Shown: in pieces, positions 52,455-64,000 of the stretch
How the letters are laid out: every line of letters begins with the position of its first letter
Numbering within the stretch: the stretch's first letter is position 1
Source: Eledone cirrhosa
Lineage: Eukaryota
Assembly: GCA_964016885.1 (NCBI GenBank)
Contig: OZ024740.1
Coordinates: 305,350,001-305,414,000 of the forward strand
DNA length: 64,000 nt
Direction of reading: 5' to 3'
Translations under genes and position numbers: made by a program
The notes under the pieces: generated by a model
What the model saw: only the letters and a program-made list of their open reading frames with translations
What the model was told of the DNA's origin: nothing
The model's database searches: none

Positions 52455-52689
52455 ATAGTTATGTAATAAAAAACATAAGGTAATTATTTCATTTACCAGT
52501 GGTTTCTTGAAAGCAAACAAAATTTGCTTTCAATCATCAGAATGAAAAAATCCTGGTGTATTTATTGACATTGGATTTTTTAAAATCCAATGTCAATAAA
52601 TACACCAGGATTGAAAGCAAATTTTGTTTGCTTTCAAGAAACCACTGGTAAATGAAATAATTACCATATGTTGTTTATTACATAACTAT
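52455..52689. repeat. Near-perfect palindrome (about 108-bp arms, 2-nt loop, one 17-nt bulge)
   Basis: Centre ...gacattggatttt-tt-aaaatccaatgtc.... The arms differ at about 2 positions apart from the bulge. Confidence 0.92.
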
Positions 52690-52862
52690 TAAGTTCTGTA
52701 ACCTACATAGAGCACTCTTTTTTCCTGGACCTTTCCGACGGAATTACTTCATTTACACATATATATATAGTACATATTCTAATGTAATATACAAGACATA
52801 ATTATATATATTATATATATATTACAGAATTAAAAAAAAAAAACATACGAAAATAATCTTAC

Positions 52863-52958
52863 ATTTACAATTATTTTGGTACGCATTGGAATGCCAGGTT
52901 TAAAATGAGCAGTCTTCTCATTAAAGTCTCTACAGAATGTTCCTATTGCAACACCAAG
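52863..52958 (-). CDS. MRPL11: MRPL11 exon 2
   Basis: ttacag| and |gtaaga. LGVAIGTFCRDFNEKTAHFKPGIPMRTKIIVN, with the FCxDFNExT L11 motif. Confidence 0.93.
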
Positions 52959-52990
52959 CTGTAACACAGAAATATTAACATAATTGATAA

Positions 52991-53965
52991 TCTGTATATA
53001 TATAAAATTAAGTATGTGTGTGTGGGGCCTACATCTTACGACCGATTTTCATGAAACTTTACAGGCTCATAGATTAGTCATCGGGGAGTGTTTTCTATAT
53101 ATCAGCATATCGTTTTTTTATTCCGGGGTCATTCTGCAGATAAAAATCAATGGGGGGGGGGGGGGGGGGCACCTTTTTTTACGTATCGAAAAATAAGATT
53201 TTTGGCTCTAGCTCCCACATTTTGCCACTGATTTCGTTCAAATTTTAAAGCAAAATAGAATTTATCATTGCACATCCTGTAATGGCTTTATATGTTGCAT
53301 TTGTTGTTCAGGGACGGCGTGGCAGCCGCTTAAATATTCAAAAATACTACTTTTACTCAAATTTCCACTTTTTCAGCTCTAGCTCCCACATTAATCAACT
53401 ACTTAGTTCAAATTTTACACTACGCTAGATCTGATTATTTCACGTCTTAAAGTGGCTTTACATTTGGGATTTTTTGTTCAGGAACGACGTGGCAGCCGCT
53501 TAAATATTCGAAAATACCACCTTTTCGGCTCTAGCTCCCACATTTTTCAACCGATTTCGTTCAAATTCGAAACTTCGGCTCCACCTCACACATAAATCAA
53601 TTTATTTGGTTCAACTTTTATACTACCATAGAACCTATCATTGCACATCTTATAGATGGTCAAAGGCAAAACGATGGCCACTGACGTCGTCTGAGCTTTT
53701 AGTTGTGTATTTGAGAATTCATCGGTTTCCAATCAAGTAGCGTGAGGAAATTTGGCTTAGTGTAGAGGTCATTACTTCCCTCCCCCAGCATGCCCCTTCG
53801 TCAGTCACCCGCGTTTCTCAGTGATAGAGGTCATCACCACCCTCCCCCGCATGGCCTGTGTGTGGCCATAGATGAGTCATCGAGAAGCCGTCGTTAAGAT
53901 CAACAAGTTTTCATCAAAGCAAATATTATTTTACCTACCCAGGCAACGCTGGGTACTGCTGCTAG
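52991..53965 (+). mobile_element. Non-autonomous Helitron
   Basis: A|TC 5' end and CTAG|T 3' end. Subterminal hairpin TACCCAG-gcaacg-CTGGGTA (53936-53955), internal repeats of about 150-180 bp, no TSD. Confidence 0.85.
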
Positions 53966-55096
53966 TATAGAATAATTTTAAGTGATCACTGTGAATGAAA
54001 AGTTGTTAAACCCACACCGGTACGAGCTGTGTTGAGTTCTTAAAGAGTAAAATGATATACTTTTTAGTTTCTACTAACCATCTACTCAAATATCACTTGC
54101 TATTTACTAAATCTGTAGACGGATTGGTACTTCCAGCACTGACATACATTCGTTGTATACTATATAATAAAATAAATACAAGAGAAATAAAAACTTAAAC
54201 ATACTCTCGGATCTCGAATAATCCCCCACTCCATTAATTTTTCATATTTTTCCTCCACCACCCTCTAATCTATCTCTGGCGAAATTTTATTTTAAGTGGT
54301 AGCATTCCTCCGTTAATTAATTTTCTTTATACATTACAAGAAATCCTATACATTATAAAATAAATTGGATGGGTTGGGGTCTCAATATGTAAACTAAATG
54401 ATTAAATTTTTTTTTTTTTTAAATCAAGGTACTTCTCCCCACCCCCTGCTTATTCCAGGCAGGTAGCCCCTATTATTTGGGATCTGAGAGTAAATTTATT
54501 GTTAATTTGAAGTAAGATGACATATTTAGAAAGAACTGTTTTCTAAATAATGCAAAGTAATTGAAGCCTCAGATCAATACATTTCCAATTGGAAATCGAA
54601 ACTGAATCACAATTCTAAAAATACGATTTTTTTCTTGTATCGAGTTATTGTTAGTGTAAAATTATATTTAATCACACTAGGTGATTAAATGTTGACAAAT
54701 GATTTCATTAACCACGGCTTCAATAGCTAAATAAATAAATAGAATGTTGCAGTAGTTATTTTTATTTCTTACACGGGTACGAACTTTAAGTGAGCTTGTG
54801 TGGTTATGGGTGATGCCTCTATGAAAAGCGAAACTGTGCTAGTGCTCTTAATCAGGACGAAGGATGCTTGAAAGACAAAACCGACTCCCGCTAGCAACAA
54901 ATCCAATTAATAAACAATATTTGTATTTCAACGAAGTCTAGTTCAATCAAACATAGATGGTTCTAACTGGCTTCTTTTTTATTTGCATTTTTTCCACAAA
55001 ATTGAATAACTTAAAGAACGATATAAAAAGAACGAAAAATACGAATGATGTTATAGCTGTGCCCTTAAATAACCTTCGTTATATTCTGTATCTTAC

Positions 55097-55255
55097 CTGC
55101 CCGAGGCGTGGTCCCAGTGGCGGAGCAGCTACAGCTTTGCCACATGCTATAATAGATGTAATGGTCTGTGTTTGTTTCGGCTTACTTTTATCCATAATTT
55201 GTTTACCTGCCATGGAAGCCACTTTTCCGAGTTTTCTCCCACCTTTGGATGCCAT
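55097..55255 (-). CDS. MRPL11: MRPL11 exon 1
   Basis: aagATGGC start. Basic presequence-like MASKGGRKLGKVAS..., then GKAVAAPPLGPRLGQ (L11 proline-rich motif). |gtaaga donor. Confidence 0.93.
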
Positions 55256-55810
55256 CTTGCTAAATGTGATTTAATTGCATTATCTCCCTTGATAAAGGGA
55301 CATAATCCATCGTCTATTAACATGAATATAAGCTAAATGCAATGAAAGTAAGTGATCCGCAGGTGCGAACCGCACGGAGAGAAGCGGCTATTCCAGCGTG
55401 TCTCCCTTGCCATTCTCCATCCTGATGGTCGGGACCTGGAGGCTAAGGGTAATAGTTGGAGGTGGAAGATACTCGTTCGGACGTCACATATTTATTCTCA
55501 CTCCACTTTCACTCAAATACACAATACGAAACACTATTTACACTAAATGTAGTCTATGAGAGTCCCAAGTGGCCAGATAAATAAAGTATCGTCCAACCTC
55601 TCTGCAAATAACGGTAGCACTGTAAATTTGACGAGTGTTTCATTAACATGCATTAAAAGAATGAACACGAGAAAGCTGACCTTCCTTATCGATGTTGCAA
55701 CCACTCGATTATGTTAGTGGATACAACCGAAACTAGAACAAATTTGTTAAGGACAGGGACAGTAATGCACATTCCTATGCGTACTAAACTTTCCCTTTAT
55801 ATATATATAT

Positions 55811-56420
55811 CATCATCATCGTTATTACGTCCGATTTTCTACGCTTGCATGGGTTAGGCGGGTCCTTCTCAGCACAGCATTTTTCCACTCGTCGCATGCC
55901 TGCGTCATCTCTCTGAGTCTCTGATTTGAGGTTAGCTCTCACAACCTCTACCCTGGTCTTCCTACCACGGACATTTCGTGACACTTCTTCAACCAACGAT
56001 CATTGTCCATACTAATGCATATATACAAGGCAGGAATCCCTATGTCAAGCACATTTCGCATTTTGAAGCGAGTTCATTGGAAATGTTACATTGATTCACG
56101 CACTAAATGAAGGTTTGGGGATTCCTGTCTCACAAGCCATTTGTCGTACAGAGTTCTGTGGGGATCAGAGGAGGGTTTCTAGCAACTGTTCATCTTTTGA
56201 TGAGTGTGGAGAAGACCAAAGTGTTAATAAGAAAGATGATAACACTTTGATATCAGCAGAGAAATGGCCCTGCCCAATATGCAGAAAAGAATTAGGCAAA
56301 AAACCCATATGCTGTACCAAGTGTAACCTATGGAATCACAAGAAGTGTAGTGATATTATTGTCAGACTGGCAGAAAAGGGAGACTTCATTTATAATAGAT
56401 ATGCTGGAACAATTAACAGT
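55811..56420. mobile_element. RTE fragments (55811-56010 -, about 56050-56420 +)
   Basis: RTE tail on minus. KWPCPICRK..CTKCNLWNHKKCS finger on plus. Confidence 0.75.
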
Positions 56421-57519
56421 TAGATCACACGCAAATCAAATTTGTACCGAAAGTTTATCAACTCCAGATGAAGCGAAAAATTCGTTAACAATTGACATTC
56501 ATGAACCAATTATAAAACGTTTTGTGAATATACATGAACTGATATATATCGCTGATGTTTATCCACTATTAAATTATTTGATTAAGGAATATAATACGAA
56601 AGATATGTCATACATGTGCATGAATACATACTTTCATACATAAACAGATACCGACCATAATTAAATATGGAATGATACGCGATGGGGCCCCCCCCATAGG
56701 GAAAAGATAGGAATAATTTAGGCTAATACTTCCACTACCCACAAAATTAGGAATAGTTTGGGCTTTGTCATACCACCACTACCCTCCGATATTCACCCAC
56801 CCACTCCCAGTCATATAAAAGCATCTCCCTACCACTACTCATTATGAGCAACCAGTCATCACTCCATCTCCTCAAAGCCACCACTTGTTCTGACCCTTCC
56901 TTTCAGTATCTCCTAAGTAGGGAAGCAGTTTAGTGCCACTAATTCTCAAAAGTAGAACTTGATAGCGTTCATTAAGTTTTGTTCATGGTTACTGAGATTT
57001 AGGATTTTAAGAGGAAAGATAAGTGAATTGAGAGTTCTTGAGTGGAGGTGGAATGAGACTGGCTAACTCTGAAGAGGTCATTGTAGAAGTGCATTTCTGA
57101 GTAACTTCATGGCAGTTAAGCACCCTTCCTCTGGATGTAGCCTAGCATGTGTTTAAAATCTTATGAAAATTACATTCATAAGATAAGAAAGACTGTATTT
57201 GTTCAGGGCCAGAAAATAGTTAATCCTGCATCACTGGTATAACTCCAGATGTCTTGAGTCACTTTACCACTGGTACAGGAAGTTACTGATGGCTATACTA
57301 ACCTGCATACTGGTATATCTCCAGATGTCTTGAGCCAACTTACCACTGGCGCAGGAAGTCACAGATCGGAATAAAATTAATCAGACAACAGACCTTTCGT
57401 TGCAGCAGTTCAGGTATTACACATCGGTAACAATGAAATATCACAAACCATAATTATATGGTTTGTGGAATCAGAGTCCACAGATATGTACCCATAACAA
57501 TTCTTAGAGATTCAGCATA

Positions 57520-57720
57520 CAGTGATTGACAAGGCTGGTCCTTTCAATTACAAGAACAGTCCATCTGATAGGTTTCCAGTTTCCATCAACCAAATTTCAC
57601 TCATAAAGCATGGATCATCCTGGAGCTATGTTAAATTACATTTGCCCAAGCTGCTACTGTGGGTTTGAACCTGGGACCAAATGTTTGCAAAATGAACTTC
57701 TAAGCCATTCAGTTATGCTA
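57520..57720 (-). mobile_element. Degenerate tRNA-SINE of a third family (octopus OK-like); relatives near 18395-18540 and 31320-31400
   Basis: accaaatttcactcataaagc...ttgcccaag...gggtttgaacc (B box on minus). The family name is from recall, not a search. Confidence 0.55.
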
Positions 57721-58323
57721 TATCTACATGTAGGTACTGTAAAACCATATAATTGCTTCTTTGGCTATCAGTGATGAGTTTGTAGTCTTTCCATAACCCT
57801 TAATGTGATTGCACTCCTAATGAAATATACTCTATTTTAATTAATTAAAGAATTTTGTGGGATTTACTAAAATAAATTATTTCATCACGAAGATAGTAAC
57901 TTAATGTACGGTTCTTATATAAAATTATGTTGGAAGATTTTAATTTGAATTGGAAACCTGAAAAAATGGGTCGCTTTATTTCATAGAACTGGAGCCGGTT
58001 TTAGCCTGGTTGGCAACAAAAGAGCTAAACCCTTTAAACCGGCCACTCATACTGACATTAAGGTATTGTTCTCAAAATAAATAACATCAAAATCTCGAAG
58101 ATTCAATATTGTGTGAGACTAGCTGGTTCCATACTGTAAAAAATGACGGCTAATTGTAATATCTATATATAATATACACACAGCTGTGATTAATCTTAGA
58201 ACACTGGACTTCTAGTTTCTCACCCCCACCTTCCTCAGTCATCACATAGATGTTGTAATTCTATTGTCTATGTATCTTTCTAAACACACATAATCATAAC
58301 AGCTGATGTGTGTAGCCCATTCG

Positions 58324-58366
<43 letters not shown>

Positions 58367-58559
58367 GATGTAGCAAATATTGGCTGCTGCCACCCCTTCC
58401 TTCATCAGTCAACATTAATTCCTCTTCCTTTCTCAATCTGTCATCACCCCTTACTTCCTCAGTTATCTCTTGTGACAGACAAATACACAAGTATTAGTAG
58501 ACAATTATATAAGAGTTATGTAAAGGAAGACAAGTCAACTCCTAGTGTTACTGACAACT

Positions 58560-59340
58560 GACCTCAGATACTTTGCCTGCATTTATCACCAGCTATCAGC
58601 ATCCACTCAGCATTTACCATCACTGAGAATGTCACTTTATATACAGTAGCAACCTAACTACAAATAGACATGAATCTCTTAAGATTAACTTTCACCACTT
58701 CTGCGCAATTCTCCCACTTGGATCTCTTGGCACTTCTTTACCCAACTGTCAGCATATATCCATACCACTATAATATTCTCCCCTTGCATACTACATATGA
58801 TTTCATTCATACCTAGTCCTTTTCTTAATTCATTTGCATACTTTTGTTCATGAATACTAACCTCAAGTGTTCAGCAGAGTCTGCTTCATTTCGTCTTCAC
58901 ACTTCTACATTCAATATCCATACCATGCAACATAACACTTTATACACAGCTACCAGACAATCCCTTTGTTGCCAACAGAAACAATAGCTCCCTAAATCTT
59001 TAAAACCATTTTTACTTGAGCTCCTATATATATTCAGAGAATCCAATACCACTGCTAATTACATCATCTGTCAACTTCTAGAGGCCTCATAGTAAAGAAT
59101 TATAAGTGAGCTTACTACTTCTGTGCATCGACTACAAAGTCCTCAGGCAAATATCTATAACCCTGCCTGCATCTCTTATACACAAATAATTGAAATTTGA
59201 TCTGAAGTAGAGTTCCTAACTACTTCTCTTGTATATACTGAACATGGCTACCTGGTGACAGTAGAGCTTTGTTCTTTCATCTCTCATACTAAAACCATAC
59301 AATCCAATGCTTCATGAGGTCACCATGGTATCCTTATCTT
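58560..59340 (-). mobile_element. Very degenerate RTE LINE
   Basis: Residual similarity to 10400-11200 (ccataccatgcaacat, agctccctaaatc, gaacatggcta). Confidence 0.55.
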
Positions 59341-60459
59341 CTGTAGAGAAGACACAAAACTTAGGAGGAAGATCTTAACTCTGCTCAACATATTTCAGGT
59401 ACAGCTATTTCCATTCTAAAATATTTAAGATTATTCTGGTTATTGTAAAAAAAATTTTCTGAAGTGTCCAATATTTAGCCCTATTGACATTGATACAATT
59501 GCATTCTGATACATTCCATCCTAAAATTATTTTACTAAATTCTTTAACCCTTTCATGATTGTTCTAATTATGACAAACTATTCTAAAAATTTAAAGACAC
59601 AAAAAAATGTTTTTCATTTTTGTGTTGGTTTCGCCTTGCTAGAATGGATTTAAAAAGATTTGTTTTTTTTAGCAATAGTCTAGTTAGATTCTCTTTCTGA
59701 AATCAACCCTTTTTTTTTTTCTTTAGCAGTATTCTATGATCAGACGTTCTTGCTGAAACCAACCTTTGTTTTAAGTACTACTCAAAATTGGATCAATTTT
59801 AATTATGTGGAAAATAAATATCCCCACTTGCACTGGTGGCAGCAAAGATGAAGTGAACACACAAAAACGGTGTTTCTCTATACAGTTTCTGCCTACAGAG
59901 ATTCATCAGCACAAAGTACCACACAGTGAAATAAGAACCTGAAATCACATACTATTGCATCGCAAATAATGGAATAAATGGGGGAGTTGATAATTTTTCT
60001 AGGTTGTCTCCGTCTATTTTTTAAAAATCAGAATTAGTTGTTTAGTTTACATATTGAAACCCCCAGACCCATCCTATTTATCTTATAACATATGAGATTT
60101 CTTGTAATTTGTTTTTAATGTCATCGTTTAACATCCATTTATTCACGCTAGCATGCATTAGACGAGTTGCCCAGCTGTGAGAAATGCTAGGTGAGGTGAC
60201 CATGTCTTGCTCATACAGAATTGATTTTGGCTCGATTTCTACAACTGGATGCCCTTCCTAACACCAACCACATTTAGTGTGCACTGGGTGCTTTTTGTCA
60301 TGCCACCATCGTGGAGTGAAGGCAGGTCTTCTCTATTATTGCATAACGTCAGAGATCTCAGTCCTGTGCTATCCCCTTTGAGATATGCAATTAAGCAAGG
60401 TCAGCTTTTATCACCTCATCCCAAGCCGTCCATCTATTTTCAGCATTCTCCACCTTGTT

Positions 60460-60895
60460 ATAATAATAATAATGAAATTATTGTGTAAAGTGCTCAGGTG
60501 CACTACAACTCGTCAATATAGTACATAGAATAATACACAAATGCCAGGGAAGTACATGTTTGTATGTGTTAGCTGTAGTGTTGGCGGATCTCGGGAAGCA
60601 TGGAGGCCTTAAAGGATGCAGTGTCTCGACAACTAACAACTGATGCAGGTAGTTTGTTCCATGCTTCAGCAACTCTGAGCGTGAAAAAATGTTTCCGAAA
60701 GTCATGGGAACTGTGCTGTTTTCTTACTTTGTGGGCATGTCCACGTGTGTTAGACACATGGAAATCGAAAAGGCACTCAGGGTTGTTGTTGGCAACATGG
60801 TTAACAATTTTGTGGGTGTTTACCAAGTCAGTTGCCAGGCGTCGGAGCTTCAATGAATCCATGCCCAGGGAAGCAAGGCGCTCAGAGTATGGTAG
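60460..60895 (-). mobile_element. CR1-type LINE 3' fragment, same family as 5169-7626, nested in an RTE
   Basis: MDSLKLRRLATDL...FFTLRVAEAWNKLP ORF with the same (TTA)n tail. Confidence 0.9.
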
Positions 60896-62455
60896 ATATC
60901 GCTGTCATCATTCATACTCATTACATGTCCACACCAACACAATCTCCTCTCTTGCACACTACATCTGATTCCTCTTATGCCTAGTTTCTCTCAGTTCGTT
61001 TATTCTTTGCTGTTCAAGTATATTACTATTTTACATCCATCGGAGCATACAAGCTTCATTTCTTTCCAATCTACACAAGTCTTCTGCACATAGCGCCCAG
61101 GCCTTACTACCATGCAACATTGCTGTCCGTATATCATCATACAGTCTGCCTATTGTAGCTAGCAATAGCTCCTTGAACTTCTTTCATCCTGTTCCCCCAC
61201 TCTGGCTACTGTACATTTGGAATACCCATTTCTGCTGCTAATTTGATCACCCATCTATCTACTGCTTGAACCGAACCGTACCAGAATTTGATAGCACTTA
61301 TATTACTATTTTACATTCATCGGAGCATACAAGCTTCATTTCTTTCCAATCTACACAAGTCTTCTGCATAGTGCCCAGGCTTCACTACCATGCAACATTG
61401 TTCGTTTCTGTTGTCATTTGCTGCTTACTGCAACAGCTACATGTAAAACCTACGTTTTTAGCTAGATTTCCTGAGCTCCCACTACATCTCATGTACTTTT
61501 AGTTCGCATTTGGGACAGATGATGGAATTTCTACCTACACCTTTCCCATACACTGTGCAAGGCTATTTTCCGGGGGGGGGGGGGGCACGGATCTGTTTTC
61601 CCCTTCTACTTACTAGGACTTTTATCTTTATAAGGTTGACTTTAAGATCCCTTGATTCTAGGCCCTGCTTCCAGGTTTGGAATTCCTTCTTCAATTCTGC
61701 TTTAGACTCAGCTGTATGTAAGATGATCTGTATAAAGGAGTTCCCATGGGCAGCCAGTGTTATAGCCTGCAGTATAACAGGAGACAGCTAAGAACAAAAC
61801 CCTGGTGGACACCAACCGGCAAGCTAAATTTCTCGCTATAGTCATTAATCCTAACTTTGCTGACTGCTCCCCTATACAACACTTGTACAGCCTTCACAAG
61901 CCACACATCTACTCTTAGATTATGGCCAAAAGCTTTCTCCAAATCAACCAATACCACGCAGAGCAGCTTACTTTTAGCTAGGTACCTCTGTAGGTTCTTC
62001 ACCAGGAAGAGAGAATCTGTACTGCTTTTTCCTGGCCCAAATCTGAACTACATCTCATCTAGATTAACCCAGTCCCTAATCAGCTGCACTATGACTTTAT
62101 ATTACTTTCATGACCTGATGCCTCTATCAAGTGCATCTTCTTTACCCTTGTAGCAGTTGACAATGATGCTGCTGCACCAATCATTCGGTGTGATACCATT
62201 TAATATTACTTGGTTTACAATATATGCGGTTAAGGTCTAACCAACCAACCCAGATGCTTTCGGCATCTCAGCAACTATCCCCTGCTTTTCATATCCTTAA
62301 TTGCCTTACTACACCGCTGCTGACTTATACTGCTGGGTCCACTTCTGCCATGCATTCTCCTCATTCAGTAATGTTTCATAATGGCTCTTTCATGCTACTT
62401 TCTTTTCTGTGTCTATGAGGGCAAATGCATCTTTATCATCACGAACACACTTCGT
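60896..62455 (-). mobile_element. Decayed RTE LINE with an internal duplication (61017-61120 and 61299-61400)
   Basis: DLEKAF, GVHQG and GCPWELLY fragments, homologous to 10560-12100. Confidence 0.85.
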
Positions 62456-62555
62456 CACAGGAATTATAATTTCATCTTAGATTTACATATGGTAAAATTG
62501 AAAATAAAATTACTGAAACACTAGAAAATAAAAAGTAAACTTTCTGCTATCATAT

Positions 62556-62850
62556 TGTGGCTGAGTGGTTAGGGATGTCTAGTTCATCTAGATCATAAAG
62601 CTGATTTCAATTTCCAGTGTGTCCTTGAGCAAGACACTTTATTTCACATTACTCCCAGTCTATGTAGTTAGATGGAGAGTACCTGTAATTCCAAGAAACA
62701 AACTTTATAACTGTGACATACTGAATCTTCCTGAGAACTACATTAAGGCTACACGAGTCTGTGGAATGCTTTGCTACTTGCAGGTTAATTCTATGAGCAA
62801 GCTGTTCCGTTGGTCAAACAACCGGGACACTTACCATTAGTACCAACAGA
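62556..62850 (+). mobile_element. tRNA-derived SINE (CORE-like)
   Basis: tggctgagtggttag A box, then tccttgagcaagacactttatttcacatt as in the 34384 SINE. Confidence 0.7.
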
Positions 62851-64000
62851 GGTCCGACATCAAATGATGCCTCACAATGCTACATATTTTACTCAACGTT
62901 TTTTATAAATATACTTCAAAGCCTTTATATGTCAAAAGTAATATATCTAATTAATTCTTTGTTTATGAAGGATTTTAATTCCAAAGGAAACTGCTTGGAT
63001 TTATTCTAAATTAATACACTACCTAAAATTTATTAAACACAAGCAACAACAAAATACTGCTGTTTGTAGAAATCTAATTTTTTTTAATGAAATCTTGAAA
63101 ATGAATACAGTCTAAAACCTTTGTATCAAATAAAAATAAAATTGATTCCATGTACAGCATGATCAATAAGAGGTTCTTAATTTTTTTTAAATAGTTTGGC
63201 AACGGAATTTAGAAGCAAAACATTAAAACTATATTGTACAATTAAAATGCAAGTTACAAACTCACCCTAAGTTGTTTATGTTTTAGGACTTATGAGATTC
63301 ACTATCTCAACAGATATACAATCAATCACATTTTGCTCACACTGATTAGTGTGAGCAACAATGCAAAACATTGTGCTTACAAAATTGAGAAAAGATAAAA
63401 GGAAAAGAACAATTGAAGCAAATGAATATTGCAAGCAAGTTTGAAATTAAAATGAAACTTCAATTTTGAAAAGTCATAATTGTGTATTTAAGGAGTTTCA
63501 TTTTTAAGGCTTTTAAGAGACAGATTTTATAAAAGCAACAAGCTAGTGATGAATTAAGGATAATATCAGGTTACATCTTTTTGTTTCAATAAAAATATTT
63601 TGAGTGATGAATTTTAAATCTAAAGATTGGTGAATGTTTAGAATGATCAAAAATTATATGAAACACTCATCTCTTTCTCTCTCAAACACACAGCAAGCAA
63701 ATGGGTTTTCAATCAAGTATAACTGTGGCAATCTATGAAAGAGGTGACGATAAAAAGCTAGACAAAGCTTATTCTATGAAACAGGAATGTTAGAGCCAGA
63801 TGCGATTAAAACTCCAGCTAATACTAAAGCAATGGTCCCCGGATGGAAGGCAATAAGATTCATGAAACAATCTTCTAAAGCCTGCATCAATGCTCCTAGA
63901 TGTTAATAGCTGGAAGAGGTATAATCGAGAAAATATTTCAGGTTTATAAAAAAATAATACATGATAAATATTATCACTTTCAAAAGTAGAGAAAGACTAA

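Noticed and set aside
54740-54900. Possible intronic snoRNA in MRPL11 intron 1
   Set aside because: No convincing C/D or H/ACA box arrangement on the host strand.
63323-63348. Short palindrome ttgctcacact-gatt-agtgtgagcaa
   Set aside because: It is an isolated short stem with no supporting context.

Overview
AT-rich, intron-rich animal genomic DNA. The SINE, RTE and MITE repertoire and the (AT)n tracts suggest an octopod cephalopod (inference). Four spliced genes were reconstructed by hand from GT-AG junctions and reading frame: the last three exons of an SLC17-family MFS transporter (+), a complete COA6 (-, 3 exons, 88 aa), a complete NAA30/MAK3 (+, 4 exons, 346 aa) head-to-head with COA6 across about 434 bp, and a complete MRPL11 (-, 4 exons, 203 aa) convergent with NAA30. 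The rest is mostly mobile DNA: a young 5'-truncated CR1-type LINE, many RTE LINE pieces, tRNA-derived SINEs, a full-length dead irritans-type mariner, a non-autonomous Helitron, hAT, piggyBac and Tc1/pogo-type MITEs, and minisatellites. The most notable oddities are a U6 snRNA fragment fused to a retroelement 3' end (U6/L1-like chimera), an intronic hairpin whose stem mismatches are all G-U on the host strand (pre-miRNA-like), SINE copies repeatedly 5'-truncated at the tRNA T-loop A58 position, a fold-back of two RTE tails with matching deletions, and long intronic inverted repeats in all four genes.
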